From Ruditapes philippinarum (lineage: Eukaryota), in assembly GCF_026571515.1 (NCBI RefSeq), contig NW_026865060.1:62001-126000 (forward strand): 64,000 nt of DNA, given 5' to 3'. Under the pieces are notes generated by a model. That model ran no database searches, was not told the origin of the DNA, and saw only the letters and a list, made by a program, of their open reading frames with translations. Made by a program: the position numbers and the translations under genes. Positions 58,085 to 64,000 of the stretch are shown here, one piece after another (the first letter of the stretch is position 1; each line of letters starts with the position of its first letter).

Positions 58085-58300
58085 GTATCACGTCGCACCA
58101 ACTTCCACCTTTACTAGTGGAGGAAGACCTCAGGTGCCCCACTGTGCATTGTTTCAGGCTCGAACGGGCACATAATTTAAGTAGAACCACCGACATTCTG
58201 TAAGCCAGATGAATATCTTCCTCACATGAAAGAATTCAAAGTCCCTGACAGGAATCGAACAGACAGTTTTTAGTTGCAAATGGTTGGAAGTCAACGACCC
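58085..58300 (-). mobile_element. Diverged copy of the 40155 SINE family
   Basis: The reverse complement contains GTTCGATTCC, TTCTTTCATGTGAGGAAG, GGCTTACAGAATGTCGGTGGTTCTAC and GTCTTCCTCCAC. Confidence 0.8.
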
Positions 58301-58499
58301 ACAGATACCCCCTTTATCCTCTTAGATTGAAAAACAAAATGAAATTGAATTTCCTTCTTAATATCATATATTCTTTTAGATTATTTTTTTAATGTTTCAA
58401 AGTTTGCAAATTCCCGAAATATGGAAAAGTCATTGCTTAAATCTTGAAGATTTTGTGCAAAAATGAGATTTTTATTCCATTGAATTTGTCTCAAATTCC

Positions 58500-58575
58500 T
58501 CTACACGTGGATGTCAAAAAGTGTGTGTTATGACGTCATTGATAAAAATGCTCAGTAACATTATATCACGTGATT
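58500..58575. promoter_or_regulatory. Cluster of E-box and CRE palindromes, possible promoter
   Basis: CACGTG at 58504-58509, TGACGTCA at 58531-58538 and ATCACGTGAT at 58565-58574. It could equally be the interior of a transposon. Confidence 0.22.
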
Positions 58576-59380
58576 GCTGCTGGTTGTCTATCTCCCTCTA
58601 TATAGTCCATTGAAAAAAGTACAGATAGGGCTGTATGTGATTACAAATATTGAAAGAAACGTATTGTAAACTCTTTTGCTCTCGTTTCTCTCAAAAATCG
58701 CAAACATACAAAGTCATGGAAACAATTAAATAATACAAAAGATATATATTTTCCAATTATTTACTTTTCAACAAACATCATGCTGGATGATCAAATTAAC
58801 ATTCCAATAAGAAAATTTAGCCTCCTTTTAGGTCCTAAGTCATCTAAAGAGACATAAAGATTATATCATTAACTTAATGACCTCATTGGGAAAATATGTG
58901 TTTATAGAATATATCGTCTATTTGTGACTTAATATACGGTGTCCCTAACTCTAGCCTGCATTTTCGTGTTACTCTTTATTTTTCTATAAATTAATCAAAT
59001 GTTAGTAAGTAAATATATCTAAAAACGAGATTGTTTATTTCTTTTAAGTAAGTACGAATTCTTTTAACCGCCTAAAAGAATAATAACAATTTAGTACTTT
59101 ACAGCCTAAAACTCCCGAGTGAATACGGAACGGTACGGTATTACGAATAGTAAATCATACGACGTGTGCTTTTTATGAGGGAAAAATACGCGCGAACCAT
59201 CAAAAACAGATTTACTGACGCATATTTGTGTAGTTCTTTCTTCAGGTATAATACGCAGCTTGGCAACCACATAATATATTTGTATCCCTATTTATAGTGT
59301 TTATGGCTTTTCTAAAACTTTTATAACCTCTTTTTAATATTTTCATATGGTAACTGCATACACAGACACTGGGATATTTT

Positions 59381-60125
59381 TGCATAGTATTACGACCTGG
59401 TCACATGTCTTGAACATAAAACTTGTTTTCCGCTATTTTAACCACGTTTAAAAAGTATCTAAAATATCATAATTTCATAAAGATAACAACGTACGCTTTC
59501 CTTTGATGTGAGACGAATGGAATGAGTTTCGGCACTGTTTTGTGCTGTCATTTTCATGCCGAGAACCAAATCCCCGCAGCGGTTACTTCCCCTAATCAGT
59601 ACAGAAATCAAATCAAGAAGACTGATGAAAAGGGCCGAGTAGTTCCGATTGAATTTCTTTTTCCCAGCTATTTTCCCGCTGTAATTTACGGAAAAAACAT
59701 TCCAGTCGTCGTGAATTCGTAAAGAAGCATGTGACAAGGTTAGGAAAATGTAATTAAATGTGGAAAGCTTGGAAGAAAGGTACGATCTGATAATAACATG
59801 CATTTATTTATTAAAGGAATATATGCATAGACTGATTTACACCAGAAATAAATGGCATGCGATTGCATAAATACCTGAAATATATGTAGGTCAGTTGTGT
59901 TTACATTTCGAAGCTTGGTATTTTCAGGAAATTGAAGCGTTGGTAAAAAATTGACTTTTTTAAAATGTTATGAAATTCTATTCAAACTTGTTCACGTGTT
60001 AGACACTTAACCGTCTCATACTAATATAAGCACAAATTTAAAACTAATTCTTGTAATAAACAATACTTTTAGTTTTTAATATTCAGGGGCGGAGAAGGGC
60101 GGGGTCAATACACCAAGTGTCTGTG
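59381..60125. mobile_element. Non-autonomous DNA transposon, CACAGACACT termini, 8-bp TSD
   Basis: Perfect 10-bp TIR CACAGACACT / AGTGTCTGTG. TSD ACTGCATA at 59373-59380 and 60126-60133. Same terminus as the element at 19049. Confidence 0.85.
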
Positions 60126-60141
60126 ACTGCATACGGTGACA

Positions 60142-60300
60142 GTGAGACACTTTGGGTGTGGAACTGCTAACGCCTTTAAATCCAATAAAATGTGTATTTA
60201 TCAATCCCAACACTTACACTGATCATATATTTCCATAAATGTAATATATGCTGTTCTGAAGAAAAATATACAACATATTTCAATGTCTGATAATTCCTAA
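60142..60300 (+). mobile_element. Left-end fragment of the 19049-19499 MITE family
   Basis: GACACTTTGGGTGTGGAACT...AAATCCAATAAAATGTGTATTT...ACTGATCATATAT aligns with 19052-19130. Confidence 0.75.
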
Positions 60301-60343
60301 GAAACAAAGAATAAGACTGAAAGACACCCTTGTGGCTGAGGGG

Positions 60344-60816
60344 TAAGGCTCCCACGTTAACAATTTTTTTGTAAACGTTTACACGACTGCTAAGAACCGA
60401 AATGATACCGTTTAAACGGTGGTACCTCTATGTTCTATACACACCATGTATTTGAGTCGCCAAATGATGTCTTTCTTTCTATTTTTAATACATGTACAAA
60501 TAAAGAATGTGCAAGGGTCATCACGATTGAGTCAGCACACATTTTTTGCATTGTAACCCCATTTTTTACCAAATATGTATTATGTCACGAGCAATTTTGC
60601 ACGGTAATGCTGTGTGGAGGGTTGTAAACACCCATTTTCCATTTCTTTACTTTGGAATAAACCACTAGAATTGATAAAATCCATGATTACAGGCAATGAT
60701 TAAGACATTTTTTAAGACAATATGGTCATTTCGATTAAACGGTTTTCCAATATCGTAAACGTTTATGAATAAAAATCGAAACGAATCCGTTTAAACGTGT
60801 AATCGTGGGGGCCTTA
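60344..60816. mobile_element. hAT-like MITE with 8-bp TSD
   Basis: TIRs TAAGGCTCCCACG / CGTGGGGGCCTTA (12/13). TSD CTGAGGGG at 60336-60343 and 60817-60824. AAACG motifs are repeated subterminally. Confidence 0.85.
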
Positions 60817-62040
60817 CTGAGGGGTTGTCATTAAGGATTGAGGCATCAGAATTGCAGCCACTGTTTATCCCTGCTTAATAGTGAGAAGCCACTAAATAGG
60901 TACGAATCCGCATCTCTTAACCAGAGATCTGCCTTGGACCCGAATTTGCATCATTGGCATTAAAAAAAATGAGAATGGTGCAGGAAAATTTGCAGCAAAG
61001 GGCCATGAGTGCATCTTAAATCTGCAAAAATAAAACCCGACCTTTAGGTTATTTTGTCATGATGTCATCCAGTCAAAACCATAGTGAATAACTGGGTTTT
61101 ATACGGGTGTCTCAAATCCCTCTTTAGTGGAAGTTTTGGAGTCATTTACTCCCGAATTTGGCTTGTGACTTCATAAAATATAATGATTTTCTTTCTTTAC
61201 CTATATAATGCAAATTCCAATGTCAGGCATTTTCAGTCGCTGTCTTCCAAATTTTGAAACGTACTGGAAGCCCTGTTTTATGATAACATGGTGTCGATAC
61301 AAAAACAAGTTATTTTCTTAAATTTCTATCAGAGCATTAAAATTACAAAAAACAGTATTTCAACACCTCCTGTCCCTAAATTTACAGTTGATAAGCCAAT
61401 TAATGCTCCAATGTCAGGATATGAAACATGCAGTAAATGGGGCCAAGTAAATGTTTTTCTAAAAAATTACAATTGTCATATTTGAAACATTCACAATATT
61501 TAAATGTTCTTTGAGTATTGTGTATTCATAAATTGAAACAAAAAAAATCAAGTTGGTCACTGTTGTTGCAATGAAATTGAATACAAATAAATAGTGTTTG
61601 ACACTAACGTGATTCTCTTCCGGATGGGCCTTGTGTCTGTAATCGACAGAGATTAAATCATTCAACTGATGAAGTTAAACTGATAAGGCAGTACTTACAA
61701 ACCACTAACCGTGACATTTTGGGTTACAAACTACCAGATTTGCATGCATCCACTGGGACAAACATAGACTAGTTTGACACCATGCATCTGATGTGGGTGG
61801 CACATCTAGATTAATCACTGTGTTCCATGAAGTCTGTTCCTATAGTTGTATAGCAATTTAACTTTTGAAAGTTTTTTACAACTTAATTTGAAGATTTTGG
61901 CACATCTATTCTATACTTGAATTTTTGGGGATTATCATGATACGGTATTCAGTAATTATCTATTTCAAAAGTAGATATATTGTAATGGTTTATCTTTTAT
62001 TAGAAGATGTTTTAATTCATTGTATTTTTTTCAGGTAAAG

Positions 62041-62910
62041 ATGGAATCAACTGACCTTGATATGGGTGAAATATTTGATGATAATGATATAGATGAGGAT
62101 ATTGGTGCCACTGGGGTTTTACCTGACCTTGAACCTACACAATCACAGGACAATGACGAAGATGGTAAGATGCAAGATGCTTGTAAAGAATTAGATATAT
62201 GTTATACCATAAATCTGAATAATAGCAGTAATATTAACACAATAAACCTACCAGTGACTGTGTAGTTTTGTTCTGTTTACATTTCAGTGTTTTGACATTA
62301 AGAGATAAACTCAGTTCAAAGTAAATATAAGTATAACATACATGTAGCTACAACTTGTTCAGTATCATTACTTAATCATTATACCATAACTTCTGCATCA
62401 CTTAAAAAATTGCACTCTTCCACTTGTATTACAAGTAGAATCTTGTGCAGGGGGAGTAGGAAATGCAGCTGCTTTTCCAAAAGTGTAAAATCTACAAAGT
62501 AGAAGACATGAGCTAGAATGAAATTATTTACCATATAGTATGTTTACATTTCACAAAGGAAAACAAGAAGCAAAGCTGATGTTTGGAGATATGTATAAAA
62601 TGTACACTATAAACCACTGACAGGCAGGTCCAAAATCACACTTCCATCATTAAGTACAGTTAACATTTTACCTTCAAATATCTGCTTGATTTCAGGTTTT
62701 GCTCTGTTGATGTAAACATGAATGTAAGCCATGTAGTGTTACTTATAAAATGCTCTATATTTATAGCCGTGTAACAATGGAGGTTACACCTAGTTGATTG
62801 GGTTTTTTTATTTCAGAGAATGCTGAAGTATTGGCCAGATTGAAAGATCTGTCAAAAGGTGCAGCCAAGAAAATAGTGAGGAAACCTCAACCTAAATTAG
62901 ACCCAACAAG
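62041..62910 (+). CDS. TIPIN: TIMELESS-interacting protein (Swi3/Csm3 family), 5' partial (coding exons 62041-62164, 62817-62910)
   Basis: Acidic N-terminus MESTDLDMGEIFDDNDIDED..., spliced in phase 1 to ENAEVLARLKDLSKGAAKKIVRKPQPKLDPTR, which matches the start of the Swi3 domain (R..PKLD..R). GT-AG junctions. Confidence 0.78.
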
Positions 62911-62949
62911 GTAAATTTTACAGCAAAATAAAACTTATTTTATTGATTA

Positions 62950-63135
62950 CTTTTATGCCCCAGAAAATGTTGAGGCATATAGATGTTGTAGCGTTTGTCT
63001 GTCCTTTTGTCTGAACTTTGTCTGGTCCATAACTTTGCCATTTATGGATGAATTTTCAGATCATTTTGTATAAATGTGTGACACACAAGAATTGGGTCCC
63101 TAGCTTAAAATTTAAGGTCACACTTTCAGATCAAG
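62950..63135 (-). mobile_element. HINE-like fragment in a TIPIN intron
   Basis: TTTTATGCCCC...GGCATATAG...GTCTGTCC...CATAACTT...AAGGTCACACT is the reverse complement of the 3' end type seen elsewhere in this window. Confidence 0.5.
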
Positions 63136-63189
63136 ACATAATTTTTTTTTGCAAAGTGCACTGATGTACATGTCTTACATTTATTCATT

Positions 63190-64000
63190 TTGCTTCTCTA
63201 TTTTCACTGTTAACATTTATTACTATTCTATTTTCACTGTTTACAGTTAATATTGCTACACTATTTTCACAGTTTACTGTTATGACTACTTTATTTTCAC
63301 ATTTTACAGTTATTGTTACTTTTTTACCGTTAACTGTTGTTCCTACTCTATTTTCACTGTTATAGTTATTGTTACTTTATTCTCAAGGATTATTGCTATT
63401 CTATTTTCACTGTTTACAGTTATTGCTACTCTATTTTCACTGTTTACATTTATAACTATTCTATTTTCACTGTCGACAGTTATTGCTACTCTATTTTCAC
63501 TGTTTACTGTTATAGCTACTCTATTTTCACTGTTTACAGTTATTGTTACACCTTTTCACTGTTAACTGTTATTGTTACTCTATTTTCACTGTAACAGTTA
63601 TTATAGCTCTTTATTTTCACTGTTTTCTGTTATTGTTACTCTATTTTCACTGTAACTGTTATTGCTACTTATTCACTGTTTACATTTATTGCTATACTAT
63701 TTTCACAGTACAGTTATTGTAACTTTATTGTCACTGTTACTCTATTTTCACTGTAATTGTTATTACTACTCTATTTTCACTGTTCACAAGTACTGCTACT
63801 TTATTTTCACTGGTAACAGTTATTGTTACCCTGTTTTCACTGTTTACAGGTATTGTTACTCTATTTTCACAGTTTACATTTATTCGATTATTGTTGCTCT
63901 ATTTACACCATTTACAGTTATTGCTACTCTATTTTTCACCGTTTACAATTATTGCTTCTCTATTTTCACTGTTAATGTTATTCTTTTCACCATTTACATA
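63190..64000. repeat. 30-bp degenerate minisatellite in a TIPIN intron, running to the window edge
   Basis: Repeated CTATTTTCACTGTTTACAGTTATTGCTACT. Confidence 0.9.

Noticed and set aside
59459-59803. Short ORFs as a first exon of TIPIN or of the orphan gene
   Set aside because: They lie inside a TIR/TSD-bounded transposon and show no protein similarity I recognise.
61600-61830. ~55-codon open stretch (DSLPDGPCVCNR...) upstream of TIPIN
   Set aside because: No start or splice context, and no recognisable homology.

Overview
AT-rich eukaryotic genomic DNA with GT-AG introns. It is most likely from a mollusc, probably a bivalve, judging from the tRNA-derived SINEs and the (GGAC)n/hairpin HINE-like elements; this is inference. 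Genes were rebuilt by hand from splice sites and reading-frame phase: (-) the 5' part of RIOK2 (4 coding exons, runs off the left edge); (-) a complete 9-exon RNF115/RNF126-type RING-H2 E3 ligase (312 aa); (-) a complete Amt-family ammonium transporter with two duplicated, mutually exclusive first coding exons (518 or 512 aa); (+) two divergent LCLAT1/AGPAT8-like acyltransferases with intronless CDSs, on either side of an assembly gap; (-) an unidentified ~420-codon reading frame broken by one stop and one frameshift; (+) the first two coding exons of TIPIN. The rest is dense in repeats: several MITEs with intact TIRs and target-site duplications (TA, TTAA, 6 bp, 8 bp), HINE-like elements, SINEs, a 5'-truncated CR1-group LINE, a 170-bp palindrome and many minisatellites. 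The most notable observations are an 11-copy tandem array of the RIOK2 exon-4 splice acceptor, the duplicated TM1-encoding first exon of the Amt gene, the intronless LCLAT1 pair and the orphan disrupted ORF. There is no CRISPR array, rRNA or convincing tRNA gene.
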